Positions 50,563 through 59,127 of a DNA stretch of 64,000 nucleotides are shown one piece after another. How positions within the stretch are numbered: position 1 is the first letter of the stretch; each line of letters opens with the position of its first letter. The notes under the pieces were generated by a model, which ran no database searches, was not told where the DNA came from, and worked only from the letters and a program-made list of their open reading frames with translations. Made by a program: the position numbers and the translations under genes. This DNA comes from Actinomycetota bacterium (lineage in GTDB: Bacteria; Actinomycetota; Acidimicrobiia; Acidimicrobiales; Ilumatobacteraceae), in NCBI GenBank assembly GCA_030645675.1, contig JAUSLQ010000102.1:1727-65726 (forward strand), read 5' to 3'.

Positions 50563-51930
50563 CTATCCGAAACGACCGTTGACGTAATCGTTGGTGCGTT
50601 GATCCTGCGGCGAACCGAACATCGCCGCCGTCGGCCCGTGCTCGACGATCACACCCGGCGTACCGTGCTCTGCCAGGAAGAACGCACAGCGCGACGACAC
50701 ACGCGCTGCCTGCTGCATGTTGTGCGTGACGATCACGATCGTCACCTCCGCCACCAGCTCCATGATCGTCTCCTCGATGCGTCGCGTCGACGTCGGGTCG
50801 AGTGCGGAGCACGGCTCGTCCATCAACAAAACCCGCGGCCGGATGGCCAGCGCGCGAGCGATGCACAGCCGTTGCTGCTGCCCACCGGAGAGCCCGCCAC
50901 CCGGCTTGCGCAGGCGATCGCGAACCTCGTTCCACAGGCCGGCCTTGGTGAGGCAGGTCTCGACGATCTCGTCCTTCAGCTCCAGGCTTGCCTTCACACC
51001 GGTCAGGCGCAGGCTGGCCAGCACGTTGTCGTAGATCGACATCGCGGGGAACGGGTTCGGCTTCTGGAACACCATGCCGATCTCGCGGCGGGCGTCGGTG
51101 AGCTTGCGTTCCACGTCGTACAGGTCGTGACCGTCCACGAGCACCTCGCCGGCCATCGCCGCCGAGGGGATCATCTCGTGCATGCGGTTGAGGATGCGCA
51201 GGAACGTCGACTTGCCGCAGCCGGACGGGCCGATCAGCGAGGTCACCTCACCGGCCGGCATGTCCAGCGACACCCGGTCGAGCACCTGGTGTGAGCCGAA
51301 CCAGGCGGAGATGTTGCGGGCATCGATGCCGGTCAGCGCGGCCCGCGATGCACTGACCGCCGCGACGATCGGAAGCGTGGCGGTGCCGATCGCGGCCTCG
51401 GGCGCGGCGATCACTTCCGGGGCAGGCGACAACGGCGTCGTGAGCAGGTCGGCGAGCTGCGACATCGACGGGGCGGGTGTTGCTTCCGCGATCGACAGCG
51501 GGACAGCGGCCTGCTTGTCGAGCTGCTGCCACGACTGCTGCTCCCACGACTGCTGCTGACGCACGGCGAGGCCGGGCAGTGCGGCCAACGTGCGGCGGAA
51601 CTCGTCGACGCGGTCGGCCGCGACCGACACGCCGAAGTCGGGAATGCCGGGGACGATCAGGATCGTCCAACATCCCTCGGCGGCGTGCACGACCCCCTGG
51701 ATCTCGTCGGTCAGCCACGACCAGACGATGTCGCCGTCCATGGCGGTGATGCGATGCCTCGCGACGGTCACTTCTGCGGAGTGCAGCTCGGTCACCACGG
51801 CATCGGGCCGGTTCGCTTCTCCCCGCACCAACTGCACCACGGCGGCGTTGGGGAAGAACGCAAGCTCGGCCTCGGCAGCAACATCGTCGCGCCCGCTGGC
51901 CCCCAGGGTGTGCGTCGGTTCGGTGGTCAC
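50563..51930 (-). CDS. pstB: Phosphate ABC transporter ATP-binding protein PstB with an unusual N-terminal extension of about 190 aa
   Basis: The C-terminal roughly 260 aa are canonical PstB: GPSGCGKST, VFQKPNPFPAMSIYDNV, LSGGQQQRLCIARA, LLMDEPCSALDP. GTG at 51930 lies 7 nt after GGAGG, and the frame is open throughout. Confidence 0.85.
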   Translation of the reverse strand: MTTEPTHTLGASGRDDVAAEAELAFFPNAAVVQLVRGEANRPDAVVTELHSAEVTVARHRITAMDGDIVWSWLTDEIQGVVHAAEGCWTILIVPGIPDFGVSVAADRVDEFRRTLAALPGLAVRQQQSWEQQSWQQLDKQAAVPLSIAEATPAPSMSQLADLLTTPLSPAPEVIAAPEAAIGTATLPIVAAVSASRAALTGIDARNISAWFGSHQVLDRVSLDMPAGEVTSLIGPSGCGKSTFLRILNRMHEMIPSAAMAGEVLVDGHDLYDVERKLTDARREIGMVFQKPNPFPAMSIYDNVLASLRLTGVKASLELKDEIVETCLTKAGLWNEVRDRLRKPGGGLSGGQQQRLCIARALAIRPRVLLMDEPCSALDPTSTRRIEETIMELVAEVTIVIVTHNMQQAARVSSRCAFFLAEHGTPGVIVEHGPTAAMFGSPQDQRTNDYVNGRFG

Positions 51931-51979
51931 GGCGTTGCCTCCATGTCGTTCGTGGTCGAGGTGGTCACTGGGTCGGGGT

Positions 51980-52942
51980 TCACAGGAGGTTCGGCAGCAG
52001 GCGGGCGAACTCGCCGGACGTGGCGAGGCCGACGAGCAGCATCGTGGGCAGGAACACGACCCACGTCTGGGCGTGCCCCCAGCGATGCCACGACCACACG
52101 ACGGCGACCGACAGCGCGATCATCGCCTGCAGCCAGAACGCGAGCACCCACAGCGTGCGGTTGTCGCCGGCCATCATCCGTTCCTCGGCGGGAAGCGCCG
52201 AGAAGCTCAGCACACGGGCAGCACCGATCACGGGTTCACCGACGATCTCGGCGTCGACGCGGAGTACTCCGTCGGGCAGGAAGGCGCTGCCGGCGGCGGT
52301 GACCAGCAGTAGCCGCGAGCCGCCGGACGCGAGCGTCGCGGGCGCCGGGTCGCCTTCCCGGCGCACACCGATGACGGAGTACTCGAACGTGCCCTGGCCG
52401 GTGGTGACGCGGATGAGGTCGTTCTCCTGCAACTCGCCGAGGCGCGCGAACGGCCCGCCGAACGCGGCACGCCGGCCGTACACCACGCTCGAGCCCACCT
52501 GGCCGGGCAGCGGGGTGTCGCGGCGATGCCCGGGCCCGTCGAACAGCACACTCGCGCTCGTGCCCTCGCCGATCACCTCGCTCACGCCGATCGAAGGGAT
52601 CTCGAGGAAGGTCACCGGCGTGCCCGCCGCGAGTGCGTAACCGGCTCTGTCGACGGGGCCGATCGCCGCCGTACCCTTTGCCAGCTGCTCACGGAACGCG
52701 TCGAACCGGCGGCCCTGGGCCGCTCGGTGCTGCAACGAGCTGAGCAGCACGAGTTGGATCAGCAGTGTCGCAGTCAGCACGAACACCAACAGCAACATGG
52801 CGCGCACCAGCTGCAGCCGAGGGCTCAGCGGCGGCGCCTCGGCGCGGCTCACCGCCGTCGGGCGAGCGCCGCTGCGCGGGCGCAGACGCGCCCACACCGA
52901 GGTCGGTTCCGACCGCGGCGGAAGCGTGGCCGTGGCGGTCAT
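51980..52942 (-). CDS. Sortase-fold (class E-like) membrane protein apparently lacking the catalytic His and Cys; extra C-terminal TM segments
   Basis: ATG at 52942 overlaps the upstream stop as ATGA. LEIPSIGVSEVIGEGTSASVLFDGPGHRRDTPLPGQVGSSVVYGRRAAFGGPFARLGELQENDLIRVTTGQGTFEYSV aligns by eye with class E sortases (GPGHYPGTALPGQxGNxAxAGHRxTYGAPFxxLxxLxxGD). AGHR is replaced by YGRR, and LTTCHP by LLLVTAAGS. Confidence 0.6.
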   Translation of the reverse strand: MTATATLPPRSEPTSVWARLRPRSGARPTAVSRAEAPPLSPRLQLVRAMLLLVFVLTATLLIQLVLLSSLQHRAAQGRRFDAFREQLAKGTAAIGPVDRAGYALAAGTPVTFLEIPSIGVSEVIGEGTSASVLFDGPGHRRDTPLPGQVGSSVVYGRRAAFGGPFARLGELQENDLIRVTTGQGTFEYSVIGVRREGDPAPATLASGGSRLLLVTAAGSAFLPDGVLRVDAEIVGEPVIGAARVLSFSALPAEERMMAGDNRTLWVLAFWLQAMIALSVAVVWSWHRWGHAQTWVVFLPTMLLVGLATSGEFARLLPNLL

Positions 52943-53952
52943 CGTTGCTCGGGTGGGAGCACTCGCAACGGCCGCCCGAGCAGGATGACCATGCGGCCGA
53001 ACACCAGCAGGAGCACGCCCCAGACCAGGAGCGGCAGCGGCGACGAGCCGGTGGCGGAGAGCGAGCCGCCACCGTTCCCACCGGCACCCGAGCCCACGCG
53101 CACCGTGGTGGTGGTGCCCGACCCTGAACCCACCAGGGTCGTGGTGGTGGCGCGCACCGTGGTGGTGGTGCCGCCGCCGGCTGTCGTGGTGGTGGTGGCG
53201 GCCGACGTGCTCGTCGTGCTGCCGCCCGCCTGGGTGGTCGTGGTCGTGGCCGCCGTCGTCGTGGTGGTGGCGCCTCCACCGCCACCGCCGACGACGGTCC
53301 ACGTGATGCCCGAGGGCACATCGCCGGCGTCAGCCGCGAACGTGAGCTGCACGTTCCAGTACTTGTCGAGCTGTGTGGCCGAGGCGGCGCCCAGGGTGCA
53401 GGCAAAGCCGAGGTTGTAGGTGCCAGCAGGCACGATGGAGGGGCCGCTGGCGCCGAACAGCGCGAACGACATCGTCGGGAGGCCGGTGAGCAGGCCGGGG
53501 CCGCCCGCCTCGCTGGCGACGGCGGTGTTCCTGTTGACGACCGGGGTGCCCCCCGAGCTGAACATCGGCTGGCGGTAGCTGGCGCCGGTGCCGGCCGGCA
53601 TGGGGCCACTGGAGTCGAACGTCAGCGTCGCCGGGTCGACGCTGGCGGGCACCATGTAGCTCTGGATCTTGTAGCCACCAGACGTCGTGTCGCCGGTGCA
53701 CGAGGCGCCCACCGGCGGGGTCATCGCGAAGACGGTGGCGCTGCCGCCGCTGTTCAGCGGTTGGCCGGCGGTGGGCGAACCGGGCGGCACCAGGATCTGG
53801 ATGGCTCCCCCGTTGATCGGAGCGGCTGCGGCGGTGCCGGCGGGGCCCGCCAGCATCGCCACGCCGGCCACCAGCATCACAGTGGAGACCACCGCTCCGA
53901 GGGCGGCGACGTTGCGCGCGAAGCGGCGCCAGTACGTGTTCAGGCGGATCAT
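52939..53952 (-). CDS. Secreted surface protein: two-Cys domain (paralog B), Thr-rich linker, LSATG sortase-type sorting signal
   Basis: ATG at 53952 overlaps the upstream stop as ATGA. It has a signal/anchor segment, a conserved domain (ASCTGDTTSGGYKIQSYMVPASVDPATLTF...PAGTYNLGFACT...YW), and poly-Thr linkers. The C-terminus is LSATG followed by a hydrophobic stretch and RMVILLGRPLR. Confidence 0.65.
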   Translation of the reverse strand: MIRLNTYWRRFARNVAALGAVVSTVMLVAGVAMLAGPAGTAAAAPINGGAIQILVPPGSPTAGQPLNSGGSATVFAMTPPVGASCTGDTTSGGYKIQSYMVPASVDPATLTFDSSGPMPAGTGASYRQPMFSSGGTPVVNRNTAVASEAGGPGLLTGLPTMSFALFGASGPSIVPAGTYNLGFACTLGAASATQLDKYWNVQLTFAADAGDVPSGITWTVVGGGGGGATTTTTAATTTTTQAGGSTTSTSAATTTTTAGGGTTTTVRATTTTLVGSGSGTTTTVRVGSGAGGNGGGSLSATGSSPLPLLVWGVLLLVFGRMVILLGRPLRVLPPEQR

Positions 53953-54695
53953 CGGGGCTCCTTGGAGGTGGTCGTACGTCGGCGCGCCCGCACTTTCCAG
54001 ACGAGACCGCCCAGCACCACCAGCACCGCGGTGATCACGGCGGGAGCGATCCAGCCGGACGAGTCGTCGGAAGCCGGGGCGATGGCGGGTGCGTCGGCGA
54101 GGCGCCAGGTGAGCTGCGCGGGAGCGTCGTCGGGGTTGGCGGTCAGCACGATCACCGTGTCCCAGTAGGTCGCGGTTTCACGGAAGTAGGTGCAGGCGAT
54201 CCCGATGCGATAGTCGCCGTCGGGCAGCGTGCCGGGGGGGAACACGGCGAAGCTGAGGGCTGGGATGTCGGAGATCACACCGGGCTCGCCTGCCTGGTCG
54301 TTCGCGCGTGTGAGCATGTCCGTGAACGGGCTGGTGTTCAGTTCGTACAGCGCGTACTGGTGAAGCCCCTCGGGGCCGTTCGCGCCGTACTTGATCGTGC
54401 CCGGGTCGTCGGCCGCGGGGATGATGAAGCTCTGCACGCGCCACTGGTCGTGCAAGCTGTCGCCCGGGCACGCCGCATCGGCCGGAAGGGCCAGCGAGAA
54501 CTCAGTGGCGCTGCGGCCGCGGACGATCGCGACGCGGTCGTTGACGCCGACCGGTTGTACCTCGCCGAGGTCGATCGGGTCGCCGGCGACTGCCCACGCG
54601 ACGGAGCCGGCGAGACCCGAAGCGAGGAGCAGGGCCACTGCAGCAGCGGCACTGCGACAGCGCACGCGCGGCCGCACACTCGGTGTCAATGTCAT
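53949..54695 (-). CDS. Secreted, TM-anchored protein consisting mainly of the two-Cys domain (paralog C)
   Basis: ATG at 54695. The signal peptide is AAAAVALLLASGLAGSVAWA. The domain reads AACPGDSLHDQWRVQSFIIPAADDPGTIKY...PDGDYRIGIACT...YW. The C-terminal anchor is APAVITAVLVVLGGLVWKVRARRR. Confidence 0.6.
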   Translation of the reverse strand: MTLTPSVRPRVRCRSAAAAVALLLASGLAGSVAWAVAGDPIDLGEVQPVGVNDRVAIVRGRSATEFSLALPADAACPGDSLHDQWRVQSFIIPAADDPGTIKYGANGPEGLHQYALYELNTSPFTDMLTRANDQAGEPGVISDIPALSFAVFPPGTLPDGDYRIGIACTYFRETATYWDTVIVLTANPDDAPAQLTWRLADAPAIAPASDDSSGWIAPAVITAVLVVLGGLVWKVRARRRTTTSKEPR

Positions 54696-54697
54696 GT

Positions 54698-57385
54698 TCA
54701 GCTGCCTCCGCCGGTGTCAGTGGCCCGCTCGCCGGCGCGGCGCCGGCGCGGGCGCTTCGTGATCTCCAACGCACCCAATGCCGAGCCGAGAGCCGTCACG
54801 CCCAGGGTGGGCACCGCGTACCGGCTCCGGGCCAACCCGGCGAACGGGGTCAGCACGGTCGGCGGCGAGGGGGCGGGCTCCTCGGAGTCTTCCTCGTCGA
54901 CGACGACCTGGGTGGTGGTGGTTGCCGCCGTCACCGTCGTGGCCGTGACGGTGGTGGTGGAGGTGGCCGGCAAGGTCGCGACCGTCGTCGTCGTGCGCCG
55001 CGGGGTTGTGGTCACCGTGCGGGGCACCGTCGTGGTGGTGGCCGGCGGATCGGGCGTGTCCACGAGCGTGCGCACCCGGTCGGCAGCGGTGGCCGCCTGC
55101 GTCTGGAGCACAGCCGGCAGCGGGGCGTAGCCCCGCGGCAGCAGGCCCAGCTCGAGGCCGGCCACCTGGCCGGCACCGGTGGCGTACTCGATGAACGCGG
55201 CGTACTCGCTACGGGCTTGGGTGTCGAGCGTCAGCGGCGAGATGGCAGCGTAGGTGAGGGTGGTCAGCGGGTAGGCAGTGGGAGCGCCGGCCGTGGGGGC
55301 AGGCTCCAGGAAGGTCTGCTCGGTGCGGGGTGCCATCGAGGCGACGCCAGCGGCGAGGCCGGCTCCGTCGGCCGCGATGAACGTGCGCTCGGCACCGTTG
55401 TCGCCGGCGCGGCTGAGACGAGCGACCTGCAGCCCGAACGTCGCCGCCGACGGCGAGTCGGTGAGCGACAGGATCGCTCGCCGGCCGAGGAACTGGGGCA
55501 GCTCGCGGCTCCACACCTCGCTGGCCGCCTGGGCGAACGGGTTGTCGACGATGCGGGCCCCGACCGCAGCGGTGCGCGTGACGAGCGCAGCGTCGGCGAA
55601 GCTGCGCGAGTACGGCATCCAGTCGGTACCGCACAGCAACGGGGGAACGATCGCGTTGCCCGCACCGCGGGCGGGCGCCTGGTAGCAGTACGGGTCGGCC
55701 TTGGGGAACGACGAGGGCAGCGGGTCGCCGAACGCGATACCGGTGGGGTTCACCGACGCCGAGGTCGAGTACCACGAGTTCACCTTCATGCCGTACTCGT
55801 CGGGTTCCCCGTTCAGCCAGGCGCGGGCCTCGGGGTCGGCCAGCAGCCACTCCCAGACCTGCAACGCAGCGTCGGAGTTGCCGGCCGGCAACTGCAACCC
55901 ACTGAACGAGCGTCCGTCGGCGATCTGCAGCTGCGTGAACTCGGGGTTGAAGCGCAGGAAGTCGGGGTCGAGGCCCATGTGCGACGGGTTCGCCGCCATC
56001 CACGGGTAGTTCGGTGACTGTTGGATGGTCACCTGCTCGCGGTACGACTGAGTGAGCAGCTTGGCGACCAACCGCGGGGTCAGGTTCAGCTGGGCGACGC
56101 GCACACCGGCGAGTTGTTGCTCATCGGCGGGCGCGTCGGTCCGCGGGTTGCGTTCGATGTTGAAGCCGATCACCAAGCCCGAGAGGCTGATCGGTGCGTA
56201 CACGACCGGCTTGTGCGGGTCGGCGTTCGCCGTCGACAGCGGGCGCGAGACCACGATCATCCCGGGCGCGCCCTGCGTGCCCGACACCAGCTGCTGGCGA
56301 GCAGAGGCGTCGCTGATCGGCGCATACGAGTACGGGGGCAGCGTGCCGCCTGAGCACAGCGCAGGCTGCCAGCTGGCCACCGCGGTGAGCGCGGTCTCCG
56401 AGCCGGCGATGCGCCGCTCCTGGTCGGCCAACGAGCACGGGGAGTCGACCGGGTTGAACTCGATCGGGATCGCGATGCGGTTGGCCCATGCGGTGGGCGA
56501 CAGCGGGGAGGTGGCCACACCGTACTGCTCGGGGGCTTCCGCGAAGGGGGTGCCGACGTTCTCCTCGGAGGGCGAACCACGGGGCACGATGACGATCCAG
56601 CACTTCGGGATCTTCGGCTCGGCACCCTCCACCGGCTGCACCTTCTGCCCGCACCCGAGGCCCGACGACTGCACGCCGGTGAGCAGCTGCATCAGCTCGG
56701 CACCCGTACCGTCGGGGCCAGTGACGCCACCGGCGATCTCGTTGGTGGTCACCAGGTTGAAGTACGGGTTGAGCCAGAAGTTGCCGCCCACCACCGACGG
56801 GTTGAACGAGGGGTCGGTCTGGATGTCGACGACGGTGCCGCTGACTGCCCGGAAGGGCAGCCACACGTTGGTGGTGCGGGTGTCGAGATGGCCCACCGTG
56901 GAGTCGAAGTTGGGCCAGTCCGAGCGGGAGATCACCCTGCTGAGCGAGAAGCCACTGGGGTAGAGCCCGCCGGGCAGGCCGCCGTAGGTGCCGGCGACCG
57001 CGCCCTGCACGCAGTGCTCGGGGGGCGGGCCGGGATTGCCGGGCACCGAACCGTCGTCGTCGCCCCAGCACTGCATCAGCTGCAGGTAGTGGCTGCCGAA
57101 CCGGCCGGGCCCGGCGATGGTGGGTTCGCCGCCGGTCCAGGTGACCGACACGGCCTGGTTGGTGAGCTTCGCGGTCTGGTTCACCGTGATCGCCAAGCCG
57201 GCGTACTGCCCGCGACCGTTGACGGTGAGCACCGAGTCGGTGGCGGGCAGGGCGGTGTCGGTGCCCTGGCTGCCGGCCAGCGTGGCGGCCCCGGCGTCGG
57301 GCACGGCGAGCGTCGCCAACGCAGTCAGCGTCGCCACTGCGGCCACGGCGCTCAACAGCACCACCGATGTGCGCCGCGAGTTCAT
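54698..57385 (-). CDS. Large (895 aa) secreted, TM-anchored protein with a PstS-like (PBP type 2) C-terminal half and Thr-rich stalk
   Basis: ATG at 57385 overlaps the pstS stop as ATGA. The signal peptide is VVLLSAVAAVATLTALATLAVPDAGA. The C-terminal part AYPLTTLTYAAI...EYAAFIEYATGAGQ...LLPRGYAPLP mirrors the PstS C-terminal consensus. A poly-Thr/Pro stalk, a TM segment and KRPRRRR follow. Confidence 0.7.
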   Translation of the reverse strand: MNSRRTSVVLLSAVAAVATLTALATLAVPDAGAATLAGSQGTDTALPATDSVLTVNGRGQYAGLAITVNQTAKLTNQAVSVTWTGGEPTIAGPGRFGSHYLQLMQCWGDDDGSVPGNPGPPPEHCVQGAVAGTYGGLPGGLYPSGFSLSRVISRSDWPNFDSTVGHLDTRTTNVWLPFRAVSGTVVDIQTDPSFNPSVVGGNFWLNPYFNLVTTNEIAGGVTGPDGTGAELMQLLTGVQSSGLGCGQKVQPVEGAEPKIPKCWIVIVPRGSPSEENVGTPFAEAPEQYGVATSPLSPTAWANRIAIPIEFNPVDSPCSLADQERRIAGSETALTAVASWQPALCSGGTLPPYSYAPISDASARQQLVSGTQGAPGMIVVSRPLSTANADPHKPVVYAPISLSGLVIGFNIERNPRTDAPADEQQLAGVRVAQLNLTPRLVAKLLTQSYREQVTIQQSPNYPWMAANPSHMGLDPDFLRFNPEFTQLQIADGRSFSGLQLPAGNSDAALQVWEWLLADPEARAWLNGEPDEYGMKVNSWYSTSASVNPTGIAFGDPLPSSFPKADPYCYQAPARGAGNAIVPPLLCGTDWMPYSRSFADAALVTRTAAVGARIVDNPFAQAASEVWSRELPQFLGRRAILSLTDSPSAATFGLQVARLSRAGDNGAERTFIAADGAGLAAGVASMAPRTEQTFLEPAPTAGAPTAYPLTTLTYAAISPLTLDTQARSEYAAFIEYATGAGQVAGLELGLLPRGYAPLPAVLQTQAATAADRVRTLVDTPDPPATTTTVPRTVTTTPRRTTTTVATLPATSTTTVTATTVTAATTTTQVVVDEEDSEEPAPSPPTVLTPFAGLARSRYAVPTLGVTALGSALGALEITKRPRRRRAGERATDTGGGS

Positions 57386-59127
57386 GCCGGCTCCTTGCTG
57401 GAGAAGCGACGCCAGGCCAAGGCCGGTGTGAGCACAAGGCCCAACGTCAGCGCGATGACGAGCAGCAGCAACACGGTCGAGCCGCCCCACCCCGACGGCT
57501 GGGGAAGCACGGTGGTGGCAATGGCGCCCGCGGCGCCGCCGGTCGCAGTGCCGCCACCCGTGGGTGTGCCCGACGAACCGCCAGCGCACAGCCCCGTGTC
57601 GGCGTCGCAGCCCTGGCCGCCGGTCCCGGCGTCGACTCCGCCGTTCGAGCCCGGCAGGGTGGTGCCGGTGGCGGCGCCCGGCACCGAGCCCCCTGCAGGC
57701 GTGGAGCCCGCGGCGGGGGTGCTGCCACCGGCCGGGGTGCTGCCACCGGCAGGCGTGGTGCCACCGGCAGGCGTGGTGCCGCCGGTCACCGGCCCGGCGA
57801 GCACATCGGTGGGTACGTTCGACAGGCCGCCGGTGCCGTTGGGGCACTGGCTGACACTGCCCTGCTGATCGCACGCCTGTGGTTGTGGCGCGTTCTGGGC
57901 GAGCACGTTGGTGCCGTTGGCGGAGAACGTGGGGTTGTCGCACGAGGCGATGTCGATGTCTTGCACGACCACGCCGGGGATCTTGCGGATCTGGTCGAAG
58001 CTCGCCTCCACCAGGTTGATCGGCATCGGCGAGTAGCCCACCGACGCCCACTGCTGCTGCGCCTGGCACAATGCGTAGTAGGCGAACGCCCCCACGGTGG
58101 CGCCCTTGTCCTCGTTGAACTGGCCGGCCACCTTCGTCGGCACGATCAGGTAGGAGTACGACGACAGCTGGTAGCTGCGCGGGTCGGTGTCGTTGTACAC
58201 GCCCTCGAGCTGCTGGGTGAGATACACCGTCGGGTCGGCCTCGTTGGTGTTGATCCGCGCCTGCAACAGCGACACCGCCACGTTGTCCGGCGTGGGCTCG
58301 GTGTAGTAGCCGGCCTCGTTGAGCACCTTCGCCACTGGGAACTGGGCGTTCAGTGCGTACGAGTAGTTGACGTAGCCGATCGCACCCTCGGCGAATCCCT
58401 GGCTGACGTACCCGGCCACGCCGAGGTCGCCGTTCTGGGCGATCATGCCCGGGATCGTTGGATAGAACGACGTGTTACCGCAGGCCGGCGCACGACCCGA
58501 CCGGTTGCAGAACTCGGTCCACAGCGCCCCGTGCTCCGCGATCATCCACTTCGTGAACTGGGCGCTCGAACCCGACCCGTCGGAACGCACCACCGGCACG
58601 ATCGTGCGGGCCGGCATCGTCAGGCCCGGGTTGTCGGCTGCGATCGCCGGGTCGTTCCACGTGGTGATGACGCCGGTGAAGATCTTGGCGACGTTCTCGC
58701 CCGACAGCCGCAGGTTGGTGACCCGCTTGCCGTTGATCTGCAGGTTGTACATGAACGACGTGCCACCGGCGGTGACCGGGATGTACGCGTAGCTGCCGGG
58801 GGCCGGGTTCTCCGGCGCCGACCCATCTTCCGGCGAGAACTGGAACGGGATGTCGGAGGCCGCGAAGTCGACCGTGCCGTTCAGGAAGTTCCTACGCCCC
58901 GCCGTCGAACCACTGGGGTTGTAGTCGACCGTGATGCCGAACTGGCGCACGTTGACGCGCATCGCGTCGATCGCGTTCGCGGCCCACGACGAGCCCTCAC
59001 CGGAGATCCGCTGATAGCTGAACGATGCCGATGCGATCGGCGGTGAGCCGCCACCGACGAACGACCCGGCGACCAGCGTGGCCGAGACCGCGAACACGAC
59101 GCGGCGCAGGAGTCGAGGCACGCTCAC
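57382..59127 (-). CDS. pstS: Phosphate ABC transporter substrate-binding protein PstS with a Gly/Thr/Pro linker and C-terminal TM anchor
   Basis: GTG at 59127 after AAGGAG; it overlaps the pstA stop as GTGA. ISGEGSSWAANAI, DFAASDIP, VTAGGTSFMYN and RSDGSGSSAQFT are PstS-like. The C-terminus has (GGTTPA)n repeats, LPQPSGW, and a TM segment plus WRRFSSK. Confidence 0.85.
   Translation of the reverse strand: MSVPRLLRRVVFAVSATLVAGSFVGGGSPPIASASFSYQRISGEGSSWAANAIDAMRVNVRQFGITVDYNPSGSTAGRRNFLNGTVDFAASDIPFQFSPEDGSAPENPAPGSYAYIPVTAGGTSFMYNLQINGKRVTNLRLSGENVAKIFTGVITTWNDPAIAADNPGLTMPARTIVPVVRSDGSGSSAQFTKWMIAEHGALWTEFCNRSGRAPACGNTSFYPTIPGMIAQNGDLGVAGYVSQGFAEGAIGYVNYSYALNAQFPVAKVLNEAGYYTEPTPDNVAVSLLQARINTNEADPTVYLTQQLEGVYNDTDPRSYQLSSYSYLIVPTKVAGQFNEDKGATVGAFAYYALCQAQQQWASVGYSPMPINLVEASFDQIRKIPGVVVQDIDIASCDNPTFSANGTNVLAQNAPQPQACDQQGSVSQCPNGTGGLSNVPTDVLAGPVTGGTTPAGGTTPAGGSTPAGGSTPAAGSTPAGGSVPGAATGTTLPGSNGGVDAGTGGQGCDADTGLCAGGSSGTPTGGGTATGGAAGAIATTVLPQPSGWGGSTVLLLLVIALTLGLVLTPALAWRRFSSKEPA
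57699..57790. repeat. 18-bp in-frame tandem repeat (about 4-5 units) encoding the (G-G-[ST]-T-P-A) linker of PstS
   Basis: Direct reading: ggggtgctgccaccggcc / ggggtgctgccaccggca / ggcgtggtgccaccggca / ggcgtggtgccgccggtc. Confidence 0.85.

Noticed and set aside
57440-57480. LPQPSGW near the PstS C-terminus as a sortase sorting signal.
   Set aside because: It lacks the Thr-Gly of LPXTG/LAXTG. A hydrophobic helix plus a basic tail alone is sufficient for simple membrane anchoring. Only the LSATG in the 52939..53952 product looks like a bona fide sorting motif.
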